Source: Eledone cirrhosa
Taxonomy: Eukaryota
NCBI GenBank assembly: GCA_964016885.1
Contig: OZ024745.1
Coordinates: 109,926,001-109,990,000 of the forward strand
Reading direction: 5' to 3'
DNA length: 64,000 nt
The translations under genes were made by a program, and so were the position numbers. Every line of letters starts with the position of its first letter. Within the stretch, counting starts at the first letter, position 1. Below the pieces are notes generated by a model, which ran no database searches, was not told where the DNA came from, and saw nothing but the letters and a program-made list of their open reading frames with translations. This document shows, one piece after another, positions 37,923-51,043 of the stretch.

Positions 37923-40560
37923 CCATACCAATGCAACCGCCTCTCCTGTACACAGCATTTGATTCCTCTTATGCTCAGTCTCTCTCTCAATTCATTTATG
38001 CTTTGCCGTTCGCATATATTACTATTACACATCTATCGGAGCATGCAGACTTCGTTTCTTTCTAATCTATGCAAGTCTTCTACAGACAGCACCCAGGTCT
38101 CACTACCATGTAACATTGCTGTTCGTATACACTCATCATACAGTCTACTTTTCATTTTGAGGGGAAAGCGTTTTGCAGCTAGCAGTGGCAGTAGCTCCCT
38201 GAACTTCTTCCATCCCATTCTTACCCTAGTTATTGTACTTTCCAAACACCCACCTCCGCTGCTAATTCGGTCACCTAGGTACAGAAGCTGTCTACTGTTT
38301 CTACAGAGCCCTCCCAGAGTTTGGTGGTACTTGTTTCCTGTGGCTCTTTGCTGCTTGCATCCCAGCACAGCTGCTACATGTGAAGCCTACATTCTTAGTT
38401 AAGCTTCCTGAGATCCCGCTACATCTCTTGTGTACCCATTATTTGCATTTGAGGCAGAGAATGGAGTTCCTACCTACACCTTTCCTACATACTGAGCAAG
38501 GCCATTTCCCTGAGGGGATTTGGGTTCTGTTTTCTCGTCTACTTACAAGGAACTTAGTCTTTGTCAGGTTGACCCTGAGACCCTTTCTCTCTAGTCCCTG
38601 CTTCCAAGTTTGGAATTTCTTCTCTAGTTCTACCATAGATTCAGCTATAAGTGCGAGGTCATCTGCATACAGGAGTTCCCATGGGCATCCGGTCTTAGAC
38701 TCCTCCGTTATTGCCTGCAGAACTATGATGAACAGGAGAGAGCTAAGAACAGAGCCCTGGTGGACACCGACCTGTACGCTAAATTCCTCGCTATACTCAT
38801 TGCTAATCCTAACTTTGCTGACTGCTACCCTATACATGGCTTGTACAGCTTTCCCAAGCCATTCATCTACTCCTAGTTTTCTAAGAGCCCACCAGATTAT
38901 AGCATGGGGAACTCTGTCAAAGGCTTTCTCGAGATCGATGAATGCCAGGTAGAGTGGCTTACTTTTAGCTAGGTACTTTTCCTGTAACTGCCTCACAAGG
39001 AAGAGGGCACCAGTGGTGCCTCTTCCTGACACAAACCCAAATTGCATCTCATCTAGTTTCACCCGGTCCCTAATCAACTGTGCTATAACTCTTTCTGTTA
39101 CTTTCATGACCTGGTCCATCAGCTTTATACCTCTATAGTTTCCTCTATCTAGTGCATCACCTTTGCCTTTGTAGCAATTGACAATGATGCTACTGCACCA
39201 ATCCTTTGGTATGACACCTTCTAGTATTATCTGGTTAACAATATGTGTGGTTATGGTGTGACCTACCGACCCAGATGCCTTCAGAATCTCGGCAGCTACA
39301 TCCAATGGACAAGTTGCCTTCCCTGTCTTCATATCTTTGATTGCCTTACTTACTACACTGCTGCTGACTTGTACTGCTGGCCCCTCTATAGGGTCTACTT
39401 GGGGTAGGGTCTCTTCTTCTCACGCATTCTCCTCATTTAGTAATCTATCATAATGGCTCTTCCACGCATCTTTCTTCTCAGCACTTGTGAGGGCAAGCTC
39501 ACCTTTATCATTCCAGATACACTTCTCTCCAATGACATCACAATTCTCTCTGACACACTGCCTCTCAATCTTGACCACCTCCAGTTTCTGGTCCTCGCGT
39601 TGCAAAACATGCTTGAATTTTCTATCCTCCGCTTCCCTCCTAGCTTCTCTCCTGGTCTCTATGTAATGTACCCTGCTTCCCCTGTTCTTCCATTCTTTCC
39701 ATGCCTGTCTCTTGGCCTTAACTGTCTCATCTACCTTATTGTTCCACCACCAAGTCACTCTCCTCCTGCCTGTGGTCTTACTCCAGCTACAAATCTCATC
39801 CATCGCCTTTAGTAAGTTATTTTTTAGGAACTCCCAGTGCTCTTCTACATTGAATGTCTCTATCTGTTCTTCTTTACTGTCATAGGCGTTGAGAAAAATA
39901 TCTTTAAATCTGTTACTGGCTGAGGGGTCTTTCAGCTTCCAGATCTTTCTTCTCCGGGTTGGCTTCTGTTTCCCGGTTCGTCTAGTTCCGACTGTGAGGT
40001 TGCTGATAACTAAGCTATGTTGGGAGGTACATTCCTCACTAGGGAAGGCATTTGTGTTTACGACCGTCCATCTGTCACGTCCTCTGATGAGAATAAAATC
40101 TATCTGACTAGAATGCTCCCCTGATCTATAAGTGATCAGGTGGTTGTCGGGTTTTTTGAAGTTTGTGTTACATATCGACATGTCATTGGTGTCGCAGAAT
40201 TCTAGAAGCCTGAAGCTTTCTTCATTTCTTGTGCCAACCCCATGGCCTCCATGGACTCTATAGAAGCCATCACGGTGTTTACCTACGTGTCCATTAAAAT
40301 CTCCTGCAATGATTAGGAAGTCATTGTCGTTTGTTAGAGCAGTAGTGTGCATTAGGGACTCGTAAAACCTATCCTTAAGTTTGTCTGGCAACCCCGATTG
40401 AGGTGTGTAAGCTGATATTATTGTGGTAATTGTTTTATTCAGGACTAGTCTGAGTTTAATGATTCTTGCATTCACCTTGTTCACTGAGATTACCTTATCT
40501 ACCCACTTGTCAGCTAGTAGGATACCTACACCACCCATCCCAACATAATTTCCACCCAGA
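37920..40560 (-). pseudogene. RTE-clade LINE ORF (AP endonuclease + reverse transcriptase + PHD-like finger), disrupted
   Basis: APE: GVGIL, ISAYTPQ, AGDFNGHVG, SQIDFIL, SQH. RT: NYRGIKL, QFGF, FIDLEKAFDRV, HQGSVLS, LYADD, YLG, GSETW, RLHWYG. In-frame stops at 39420, 38439 and 38033; frameshifts ~38280-38370. Confidence 0.96.
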
Positions 40561-41256
40561 AAAAAAATACAAATATATATATACACATATATATATACAC
40601 ATATATATATATACATATATATATACATACATATATATATACATACACACACACACACATATATATATATATGAAAACCAATGAGGTATACATGTTAACA
40701 AGCTTATGTGTTTGTAGAAGCCAACAGTTCAACACAGACCAATGGGAAAACAAAATAAAATAAAATAAAAAGGGAAAAAAAAAAAAGAAAAACTACCAAC
40801 CAACCAACCAGCCAACCAGCCAACCAACCAACCAAACAAGAATTCAATTAAAATTCACTCAGATGGAAAATTCAAATGAAACTGTCAATATCTGATTGTT
40901 TTGTCATCTTGTAAACTCTTAAATCAGCGACTAGACACTTGGCAAGATATATAAGGGGAATTCAGCAATAACTAGAGTGGCAATAACAACAACAATGTCC
41001 AAAGGAATAAAGTAGTATATGCAACAGAAACAATATAAATAACAACAACTTTGTGGTGTGTGCAGGTATTATTATTATTTTTTGAGGCAGTTATATTTTT
41101 ATATATTTTATATTTTATATTTTTTTCAATGTTAATTGTTTTTGTTATTCTGTAATTTACTTGATTTTATTGTAACTCCCCTCCACTCTCTACTGTCCCT
41201 GTCTTTGTATTGTACCCTATATGTCGGCCCTTGTGGCCTATAGATGAAATCATTAT

Positions 41257-41765
41257 TGTGGATTGGCAGTATCGGTAGAGGGTCGGGCGCCATGCTTTCC
41301 AGCATAGTTACGTCCCTTTACGATCTGAGTTCAAATCCCGCCGAGGTTGACTTTGCCTTTCATCCTTACGGGGTCGATAAAATAAAGTACCAGTAATGCA
41401 CTGGGTAATTGCTGGCCTTGTGCCTAAAGTAGAAACAATTATTATTATTATTATTAAGAGCGGTGGATTGGCAGTACCGATAGAGGGTCAGACAGCATGC
41501 TTTGCAGGATAGAGTTATGGACCTTTACGTTCTGAGTTCAAATCCCACCGAGGTTAGCTTTGCCTTTCATCTTTATGGGATTGATAAAATAAAGTACCAG
41601 TAATACACTGGGGTCGATTTAACCAACTTTCCCCTTCGCCAAATTGCTGGCTTTGTTCCTATAGTAGAAACCATTATCATCATTATTATTATCAAAGCAC
41701 CAGTAATGCACTGGGGTAATTGCTGGCCTTGTGCCGAAAGTAGAAACAATTATTATTATTATTAT
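41257..41765 (+). mobile_element. Head-to-tail cluster of family A SINEs (2 near-full + one 3' fragment)
   Basis: A and B boxes and cores; copies separated by (ATT)n tails. Confidence 0.9.
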
Positions 41766-42169
41766 AGTAGTCATAGTATTTATAATAGTAGCAGTAGTAG
41801 TAGTGTAATAGAAGTAGTAGTAAAAATGCACTCAAAACTAAAAAAAAAAAAATCATAAATATATATATATAAAATAAAAAAACAAATACACCATGCCCCT
41901 CAATAATGAGACTACTAATAATAAGTGATGCTGTAAGAAAAACAGCCACAAAGTCAGCGGCTGGCTGCAAAAACATTGATCATTTTAGTTAGAACAACAA
42001 CAATAATAAATGTATCAACTAACATCATAACAACTGCAGTAATAATATGAAGAGCTGTTAATGAATTAGCAAGGGAGCTTCTTACAGAATCTCTTAATGT
42101 GTTTGATGTTGTACCGAAATGAGTCTCAGTGATTATTAGAATGAGGATGAGAACAACATGTACCAGAGT

Positions 42170-42391
42170 TTAACCCTTTACATTACTCTATATTTACTAT
42201 TATATTTTCACGGTAAAGACTTTATGTCACATAATTATCTCACATAATATCGAATCTATGAGATTTTGATGTTATTTATTTTGAGAACAATACTTTAACA
42301 TCTGCATGAATGGCCGGTTACAGCCAGTTTGAACAGAAAGAGGCGAGAGAATTCTGGCCAGACACGGCCAGTTTAAATGCTAAAGTGTTAA
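42170..42391. mobile_element. MITE family C
   Basis: TTAA-CCCTTTA ... TAAATGCTAAAGTG-TTAA. Confidence 0.85.
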
Positions 42392-42426
42392 AATTTATGA
42401 TAGAATAATCTCAGCAATGAGGACAT

Positions 42427-42700
42427 CTAAAATCTGTCTCGAAACTGGGGGTTTATCAGATAAGTGTTTATCCCAGTGTCTGTGGCGTGAAGCGACTGAG
42501 AGTACACGATTCCCCCCTCGACAGGACACCAGTCCATCACAAGGTTAAGCCCCCAGCTACTGCTGGCACTCATTTTCATACTGGAGCAACGTGAAATGAA
42601 GTGTTTTGCTCAAGAATAAAACACACATCCCAGTCCAGGAATCGAACCCATGACATTATGAATGAAAGTCCAATACACTTACCATTTAACCATGTGCTTC
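42427..42700 (-). mobile_element. tRNA-CORE SINE with a V-domain-like segment
   Basis: B box GGTTCGATTCC, CORE-like CTTGAGCAAAACACTT, then GTGATGGACTGGTGTCCTGTCGAGGG; 12-bp TSD CAATGAGGACAT at 42415 and 42701. Confidence 0.8.
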
Positions 42701-42741
42701 CAATGAGGACATAGGCTAGACTAAACAAATGATGTTATCAT

Positions 42742-43498
42742 CTAACCCTTTTGGTACCAAAAAGTCTGAAATCATCCCTGGGGCTATGATATAAAAGTAG
42801 TATTTACTTTAACATGCTTTTTTTCTTGTGTCACCAGCACAACTCCCTTACAGGGTGGACTAGGTGCCTTTTGTCATGTCACCAGAATGATCACTTTACT
42901 GAGTAGATTGGGTACTGTCGTCTGTCATGTTACCAGCATCACCATCTTACAGACTGGTCTGGGTGCTTTTGTTGTTGTTGCACCAGATTGTCATGCAGGA
43001 TGGTGAACTGTGCTATTTTGTCATATGACAGTAGTATCTAGGGAAAGCAGATGTGGAGCATGTCCAGCTTTTCATGCTTGTATGCATGGGTTGGACAAGA
43101 CATGAGAGGCGCATCAGGAGTGTGGAAGGTAGGAATGGATATGTGTATCCAAGTTGGACATGGACAAGTTGAGTGGGATATTTAACTGGGGAAGGAGGGT
43201 TGTTAAGGCTGGGGAGGGTAAATATGGGAGGAATAGGGAGAAAATTGATGTAGTCTAGTGTCCTTTACAGATTTGTGTCATCCTGTGCTTATGAGAAAGT
43301 GAATCTTCTGCAATACAGCCAGAGATCTATTTAAATTAAAATCTTCCAACATAATTTGATACAAGAACCAATTAAGTTATGTTACAAATATCACACTAAT
43401 AATGAATAGTTAATTATTTTGGTAAATAACTCTAAATTCTTCATTAATTAATTAAAATACAGTTTATTTCATTAGAAATATGGTAACAAACAAGTTAA
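42742..43498. mobile_element. MITE family D interrupted by ~500 bp of RTE-3'UTR-like sequence (42813-43320)
   Basis: Left end AACCCTTTTGGTACCAA, right end AATATGGTAAC..GTTAA; insert has degenerate 48-bp modules on the minus strand. Confidence 0.6.
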
Positions 43499-43796
43499 TT
43501 GACGGCGTTCTGCTGAGGTTGCTATACTATTATGGTTCAGTCTTCCAATAAAAGATAGTTCAAATCAGTATATTGGTTCAATTCTCCAGTTGTAAGGAAT
43601 ATCATGTTGGAAGCAGTGTACTATAAAATATCTCTGATATAAACAAGCTATGATAATGATATAACAACCAATATAATTACTATATAAAACAAAATCTAAA
43701 TTTACTAACAAACCAATAACATCAAGACAATGTTTCAACAACTTTTAAACCATTGAGGCACATTTGTAAGAGAATCCTAGTAAAGATTACATAGAT

Positions 43797-44024
43797 TTAA
43801 CACTTTAGCATTTAAACTGGCCATATCCGGCCAGAATTCTCTCACCTCTTCCTGTTCAAACTGGCTGTAATCAGCCACTTATACTTATGTTAAGGTATTG
43901 TTCTCAAAATAAATAACATCAAAATCTCATAGATTGATATTATGTGAGATAATTATGTGAAGTAAAGCCTTTACCATGAAAATATAATAGTAAATATAGA
44001 GTAATATAAATACTAATGGGTTAA
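43797..44024. mobile_element. MITE family C, inverted relative to 42170
   Basis: TTAA-CACTTTAGCATTTA ... TAAATACTAATGGG-TTAA. Confidence 0.85.
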
Positions 44025-44559
44025 CCACAGATATTACAGCTATTTTATTGTGCATCATCATTTACCATGTATTTTTTATGCTAACAAAACGAGTCATTAC
44101 AGACTAAGTTAGCACCCAAGCAGAGCTTCTGATCTCTCTGGTGTGATGGAAGCCTGCATGATGCTCATATATGTTCCCACACTCGACAAGGTGACATAAA
44201 CACAACGGAATCTTTCTATGGTTAGATGCCCTTCCTATCACCAACCATGTTACAGAGTTCATCAGGTGCAGTTATCAGTTTAAATGCTAAAGGGTTAAAG
44301 ATATGTCTATATTTTGTGCTGAGCAGTCAATGCTGATATGCAAAGTTTAGCATTTAAAAACATGAATAATGTAAGAACTGAATAACAAACAGCATTGGTT
44401 TATTTCAATTAGGAATAGATTCTATTGGGAAAAACATTAGACTGGGTTTTGGATCTGTCAACTGAAAGGAGGAGGGTTTCACTTAAGGAAAACAAAGATG
44501 GTAATATATAAAGTAACAAATGTTTCTGAATACAGAAAAGAAGGATAGAAGCAGTGAGT

Positions 44560-44900
44560 GGAGAGAAATGAGAAATATGAAAGAAGGAGAGTAAGATAAA
44601 AGGAGGGAAGAGTACAGAAGTCATAAGAGAAGGAAGAAGAGTAAGATAAGGGAATAGTAAAAGAAGCCATAAGAGAAGGAGGGAGAGTAGGTTAAAAGGA
44701 ATGAAGAGTAAAAGAAGGAGGGAAAGTAAGATAAAAGGAGGGAAGGGTAAACAAAAGTTATGAGAGAGAGAGGGAGATAAAGTGAAGAGGTGAGAGGGGT
44801 AAAAGAAGCCATGAGAGAAGGAGGGAGAGTAAGTTAAGAGGAGGTAAGGGTAAAAGAAGGAGGGAGAGTAAATTAAAAGAAGGGAAGGGTAAAAGAAAAA
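44560..44900. repeat. Degenerate purine-rich tandem repeat
   Basis: GAAGGAGGGAGAGTAAGATAAAAGGAGGGAAG-type units. Confidence 0.7.
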
Positions 44901-45434
44901 GGAATAAAGAAATGGGACAGTCATCTTTCATCTTGATATTTCCAAACCAATTAAACATTTTTCTGGTGAAGTAAAATACAAAATTATGGAAAGTAACCCA
45001 ACAACTCTTCTCTTTTACTTTAGACATACACACACAAACACACATACAAAAACACACATACACAAACACACTGCACAGATATAAACACATGCACATACAC
45101 ACACACACATGCGCACTTCACATATAAACACACCCACCCACACACATAGACAAACACACATACACACACACAAACACGTATACACAAATACACTGCACAT
45201 ATATACACGCCCACTCACACATATACACATAAACAAACATACACACACACACACACATACACATGATGCATGCAATCTTTTGAGATTTTTTTTTTTTTTT
45301 CAAGTTTTCTATAATTCTGCATTTTACAATAATTTTATTTTTTTGTCTTCTATTTTGTGATTTTTTTTTTTTTAATTCTTACTATTTCCACCATGACAAT
45401 CCCAAACCAGATTAGAAACAATCAAGAAAAAAAA

Positions 45435-45493
<59 letters not shown>

Positions 45494-46211
45494 AAAATAT
45501 CTATACAAATGAGAAAGATAACATATAATATATGAAAAAAAAAGAAGAAAATTTTAGGCAAAAAATATTTTACTTTACTTACTAATCTATATATTTATTT
45601 ATCTTCAAATATTGAATATTTTTCTTATACTTTTTCTTATCTTTCAATATATCACTCATTTTCTATTGCATTTAGAAACGAATGCTTGAAAGAATAAAAA
45701 TAAATACGCAAATGTCTGTAATGTGTGATATCCTCAACATTAATGTCTTCTGTCTCCAATAACATTTGCAGGTCATCTGTCAGGGAATAAAAAATAAAAG
45801 CTGCATTTTTTCCTGGAATATTATACACAGAAATATATATGGCTACAAAATGTTAGAACAAAACATATATCGTAATTATATTGTAATCCATAGCACTAAA
45901 AAAGTGTTTTTTTCCCCAAGTGAAATTTTTCCCTATCATCAAAATAGATGGACTGCAAGATGAAAGTTTCAAATTCAAACACCCCCAAAAATGTTTGTGT
46001 AAGAATCAAAACAAAATATCAAATTGAGAAAAGGAAGTGTTAGGCATGGTGAGGCGCTGCCACAAGACAATATATGTGTAGATTTATAAAAGATTTAATC
46101 GATATTACACAAAACAGGTGTGTAGTAGCCAATGAGTTAATAAAAAGAATTACATAGAAATGGATGATTACATGTATATTTCTGTCTCTCTGTTATATAT
46201 ATATATATATA

Positions 46212-46418
46212 TAGGAAAAAAATGTTTAACCCCGACGGCAGAGCTCAAGCCGTCTCGACGGCTATTTCTGGACTCAAATAGCCATCCAGAAATAGCCGTC
46301 GAAACGGCTTGAGCTCTGCCGTCGGGGTTAAACATTTTCCTATTAACCATTCTACTACCTTAAGTATTGAGTACTCTGGTGCGTTATGGTCCATCTGGTT
46401 CCTTACCACACTTCCTTC

Positions 46419-46422
<4 letters not shown>
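46212..46422 (+). mobile_element. Long-hairpin + tail element (family F) in (TA)n
   Basis: Arms 46212-46272 and 46285-46342 nearly perfect; 80-bp tail; other copies at 53906 and 57574 (strand arbitrary). Confidence 0.8.
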
Positions 46423-46475
<53 letters not shown>

Positions 46476-46904
46476 ATCATTTTTATACACATCTTTTACA
46501 AGGATATAAAGTTATTCAATTGATGGAGAGACAATTCTCAGATATACACACACAAACAATTCGGATTATTTGAATTGTACATTTTTCTACTTAAAATATA
46601 CTAGTAAATTTATAACTATGGCATCTATTAAATAAAATGTGTCTAATATTTTCAATGAGTCATATACTCTTATCATCACTACTACCATCATTCTCAGCAT
46701 TGCTTTAATAAATAATTTTCGATGTTTTACAATTTAGTGGTATTTCAAATGTGAAAGATAACCAAAATCACAACAAATTCTATTTATTTGCCATCAAAGT
46801 TCCTCTGTTATCAAATGATAAAAATTTGTATTATATAATAGTTATATAATTTAATCAAACATATGTAATTTAATGCTGGGTGCCTTTGTCATCCTGTACA
46901 TCGA

Positions 46905-47230
46905 ATAAGCAGTAAATTAGTAGAGTCACTAGAGGATTGGATATAATGCTTTGCAGTATTTCTTTCACCTCTATGTGCTGAGTTCAAATCTCACTGATGT
47001 CAACTTTGAATTTCATCTTTTCCAGGCTGGTAAATAAGGTACTAGCCCAGTACTGGATTTGATACTTCCTCTATCTCACTTTCTCTCTCCCACGCTATCT
47101 CCCCTTTTCTTTGGAAGAGGTCGACTTTGTTCAAACCTAGAGAGGGATTGGCTCTGTCAAGTTTAAATATCCAAAATGGCAACTCCATTATTCCACCAGA
47201 AGCTTAGAACCTATGGATGGATGGCATACA
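46905..47230 (+). mobile_element. Older SINE (same family as 6541-6895)
   Basis: TGCTTTGCAGTATT..GAGTTCAAATCTC..GTCAACTTTG; shared CT-rich/GGAAGA tail. Confidence 0.65.
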
Positions 47231-47286
47231 ACAGAAACAAAACCTGTTTTATTAGCCAAGTAGAATGAGTATTTGAGTAATGTGTT

Positions 47287-47504
47287 TTACCCTTTCATTA
47301 CCATATTTCTAATGAAAGACACAATTGATTTTGAAAATAAAACCTTTTATGAGATATTTAGTAAAATAACTTTTTTGTGATCAAATTGATCTTTAGAACT
47401 TACATAAATTTTGATGGAATGTTTTAATATAAGGAGGAATGGATGGAGAATTTTGTATTACAGAACTAGGGTAGTTTCATACAGGTTGGTATTAAAAGGG
47501 TTAA
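47287..47504. mobile_element. MITE family D, reverse orientation
   Basis: CCCTTTCATTACCATATT ... TGGTATTAAAAGGG-TTAA. Confidence 0.75.
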
Positions 47505-47642
47505 CAAAACCTCAATTATAATATCTATGACATATTGGTTTGAGGGAGTTAAAGGGGATGTTCCTAAACTTGATCAGAACCTTCATGTGAAAGATCTAAA
47601 ACATTGAAACTCAATCAGCACCAACTTCTGCCAGCTATATGG

Positions 47643-47697
47643 TATCATCATCATCATCATCATCATTATCATCACCATCCTCATCATCATCATCATT

Positions 47698-47728
<31 letters not shown>

Positions 47729-47826
47729 CCATCACCATCACCACCATCACCATCACCATCATCACCATCACCATCACCACCATCACCATCACCATCACCA
47801 TCATCATCATCACCATTATCATCATT
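47643..47826. repeat. (CAT/CAC)n expansion, probably an RTE/SINE tail on the minus strand
   Basis: Followed by TTTAATGTCCACTTTCCCTG..AGCA, the reverse complement of the tail motif. Confidence 0.85.
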
Positions 47827-47997
47827 TAATGTCCACTTTCCCTGTTAGCAAAGGTGATGGAAGAATAGTCAAATATAATCAAATATGAACAAAGAAATCA
47901 TATGGATTGTTCCCATATTTAAGATGATATAGCTATTTCCTAATAATTTTAAAGCTATTGATATTTATATTGTTGATGTGGAAGAAATAGTGTAAAG

Positions 47998-48290
47998 CAG
48001 AGTTTCTAAAACTTATGGGGCCACCGTCCCACTCACATCCACTTAATACCCTCAGCACCCCCACCCCTGTTTGCAATGCAAATTGTAAATAATATATAAT
48101 AAATAGAATCATTAATTTATAAATAATATAATATATACTATGTATAAATAAATATATATTTTTTTATTTTACTATATTTATATATAATATATATATCATT
48201 TGATATTTAATATACTATTATATCATCTTTATTGCCTCCTTACGCTCCAGTTCCCCCTGGACCTTCTCAATGCCACTTTGAGAGCCTCTA
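47998..48290. mobile_element. hAT (Charlie-like) MITE
   Basis: TIRs CAGAGTTTCTAAAACT / ACTTTGAGAGCCTCTA; perfect 8-bp TSD GTGTAAAG at 47990 and 48291. Confidence 0.85.
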
Positions 48291-49496
48291 GTGTAAAGTA
48301 CTTGTCAAGTACTGGGGTCAATTAAATCAACTAATCCCCACCTCTCAAATTGCTTGCCTAGTAGAAACAATTATGATCAAGATGTACTTAAAAGATGTGG
48401 TATTTTGATCTTAAAGCTTGTACAGTCCTTGTATAGGAATAATTGTTACACTGAGCAGCTAAAGTATCTCTATCAAACTTCTCTTCCTGTTTCTTGTTGC
48501 TTTTTGTTTAACAATAGATTCATCCTAACCAAACAACAGACCTATAATCTAAGACTCTCTGGTCATAACCAACCTGTCTTATTTTCAGATATAGTCAATC
48601 TAAGAATACATTATCCACTAAGGCCTTCCTTTTTCAAAAAAGTAGTGTGTGATTACAGTGAGATTTGGTTTATATTTAAAGTGGGCTAAGTAATCATATA
48701 AAATTTTCTGTATTGGCTTATTGCTAGAGTTATTATTGTTGCTGTTGGTGTTAGTGGTGGAAGAGGATGTCATCATCATCATCATCATGGTGGTGATGGT
48801 GATGGGGTTCATATCAATAATCTGGCTGCTCTTCTTAAAGCCCTAATGTTTAATTATTGCAAGGATTTGATATCAATACCGATATTATTAAGATTGTATG
48901 ATTTATGGGTTGGTTGATGCCTCTCACTTGCAATGTACTTTTTTTTTCTTTTTTTTCATATTTTCTTCCTTCTCACAATACTTAACTTTAGTTAAACGAA
49001 TATCTAGAGAGAATTATCAGAATTTATTGCAAAGAATGAGGCACAAAGAAATCCAGAGACTCAATCTTTGGTGATACAACAGGGTTAATAATAAATAAGT
49101 GATATGATTTATTGCATTTTGATATTGTTGTCGTTATAATTACTCTTTTTGATGTCAGTACTACTACTACTATTGTATTAGACACTACTGTTCCTCTAAT
49201 TGATGGCTTTTGATGTTGGGAAACATAGTGGCTCTGAGGTTAAGGTGAAGGATTACTGATTCAGTGGTCATGTGTTTCAGCTTTGATACATCCATTATGT
49301 TTAGATTGTAGGTAAGAGACATTATACTTCTAACCACTGTTAGTGTTTATATTTCACATTTTTATGATTCGTTGCTCTGAATAAGCTACTGAAACCTCCT
49401 TTATATGCTGAGTGACAAATTTTTGAAAAGTCATGCAACACATGATGATCATCATCATCATTATCATAACAAGGTTTCTACTTTAGGCACAAAGTA

Positions 49497-50935
49497 GGGC
49501 GGTGATTTGGCAGTATCGGTAGAGCGTCGGACATGCTTTCCAGCATAGTTACGTCCCTTTATGATCTGAGTTCAAATCCCGCCGAGGTTAACTTTGCCTT
49601 TCATCCATACAGAGGTCGATAAAATAAAGTACCAGTAATGTACTGGGTAATTGCTGGCCTTGTGCCTAAAATAGAAACAATTATCATAACAAGGTGAAAT
49701 ATATATAGGAGAACAGAAGAAATATTATTGTTGGGGGTCGATAAAATAAAGTATCAGTAATGCACTGGGATAATTGCTGGTCTTGTGCCAAAAGTAGAAA
49801 CAGTTATTTTTATTAGTAATAGTAAGGCTGGTGGATTGGCTGAATCGGTAGAGTGTCGGACAAAATGCTTTGCAGTATTTAGTTATGGCTCTTTACATTC
49901 TGAATTCAAATTGCGCCGAGGTTAGCTTTGCCTTTCATCTTTAAGGAGGGGGGGGTGATAAAATAAAGTACCAGTCACACACTGGGGTTGATTTCATCGA
50001 CTTTTCCCTCACCCTTCAAATTGCTGGCCTTGTGCCTAAAGTAGAAACAATTATTAATAGTATCTGTAGGGTGGTTGAATGGCAGAGCATCGACAACATG
50101 CTTTTCGGCATATAGTTACGTCCCTTTATGTTCTGAGTTCAATTCTCAGCGAGGTAAAAAAAATAAAGTACCAGTAACACACTGGGTCAATTTAATCGAC
50201 TTTCTATTTTCCCAATATTGTTGGTCTTGTGCCCAAATCAGGGTGAATTGGCAATATCGGTAGAGGGTCGGACGCCATGCTTTGACGCATAGAGTTACGG
50301 CCCTTGCCATTCTGAGTTCAAATCCCACCGAGGTTAACTTTGCCTTTCATCCTTTCATCCTTACAGGGTCGATAAAATAAAGTACCAGTAATACACTGAC
50401 CAATTGCTGGCCTTGTGCCAAAAGTAGAAACAATTATTAGTAGTGTCTATCAAGTACTAGGATTGATTTAACTGACTAATCAACCCCTCAAATTTATGGC
50501 CTTGTGTTCAGGGGCATAATTGTGGTAGATAGAATACCAAACAAATATGTTAGCAGTATTTACTTACATTCATTTGCACTTGCAAAATCCATGGAAATTT
50601 TATATTTTATAAATGATATTCTTAATGCTTAAATTTATAAATCACACTGTTTCATTATGTTAAATGTCTGAATTATTGTGTGTCTTTGATTTTGTATCAT
50701 AATTAAGGTTGTGTAAAGCATAATATACAAACATGTCTCATTCAGTATCAGTAGAGGGTCAGACGCCATGCTTTGCAGCAAAGAGTTATGGCCGTTTATG
50801 GTCTGAGTTCAAATCCTGTTGAAGTTAGCTTTACCTTTCATCTTTACAGGGTCAATAAAATAAAGTACCAGTAATGCACTGGGGTAAATTTAATCCACTC
50901 TCCACTCCCCAAAGATTGACAGCCTTGTGCCTAAA
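49497..50935 (+). mobile_element. Cluster of ~6 co-oriented family A SINE copies and fragments
   Basis: Copies start near 49497, 49733, 49825, 50068, 50241 and 50743. Confidence 0.9.
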
Positions 50936-51043
50936 TCTGGTGACGAAAGAATTAATCAAGGCTGACGTAAAGCTAAAGAACAATACATGTTTACAGTGAT
51001 ATAGAGAGATGGTAGGTTCTCAGTTGGGATCAAAGATGTGTAT

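Noticed and set aside
38380-38952. Plus-strand 188-190-aa ORFs over the LINE
   Set aside because: Antisense shadows of the RTE RT coding sequence.
47583-47888. Poly-His / poly-Ser-Pro ORFs
   Set aside because: Expanded (CAT)n retroposon tail.
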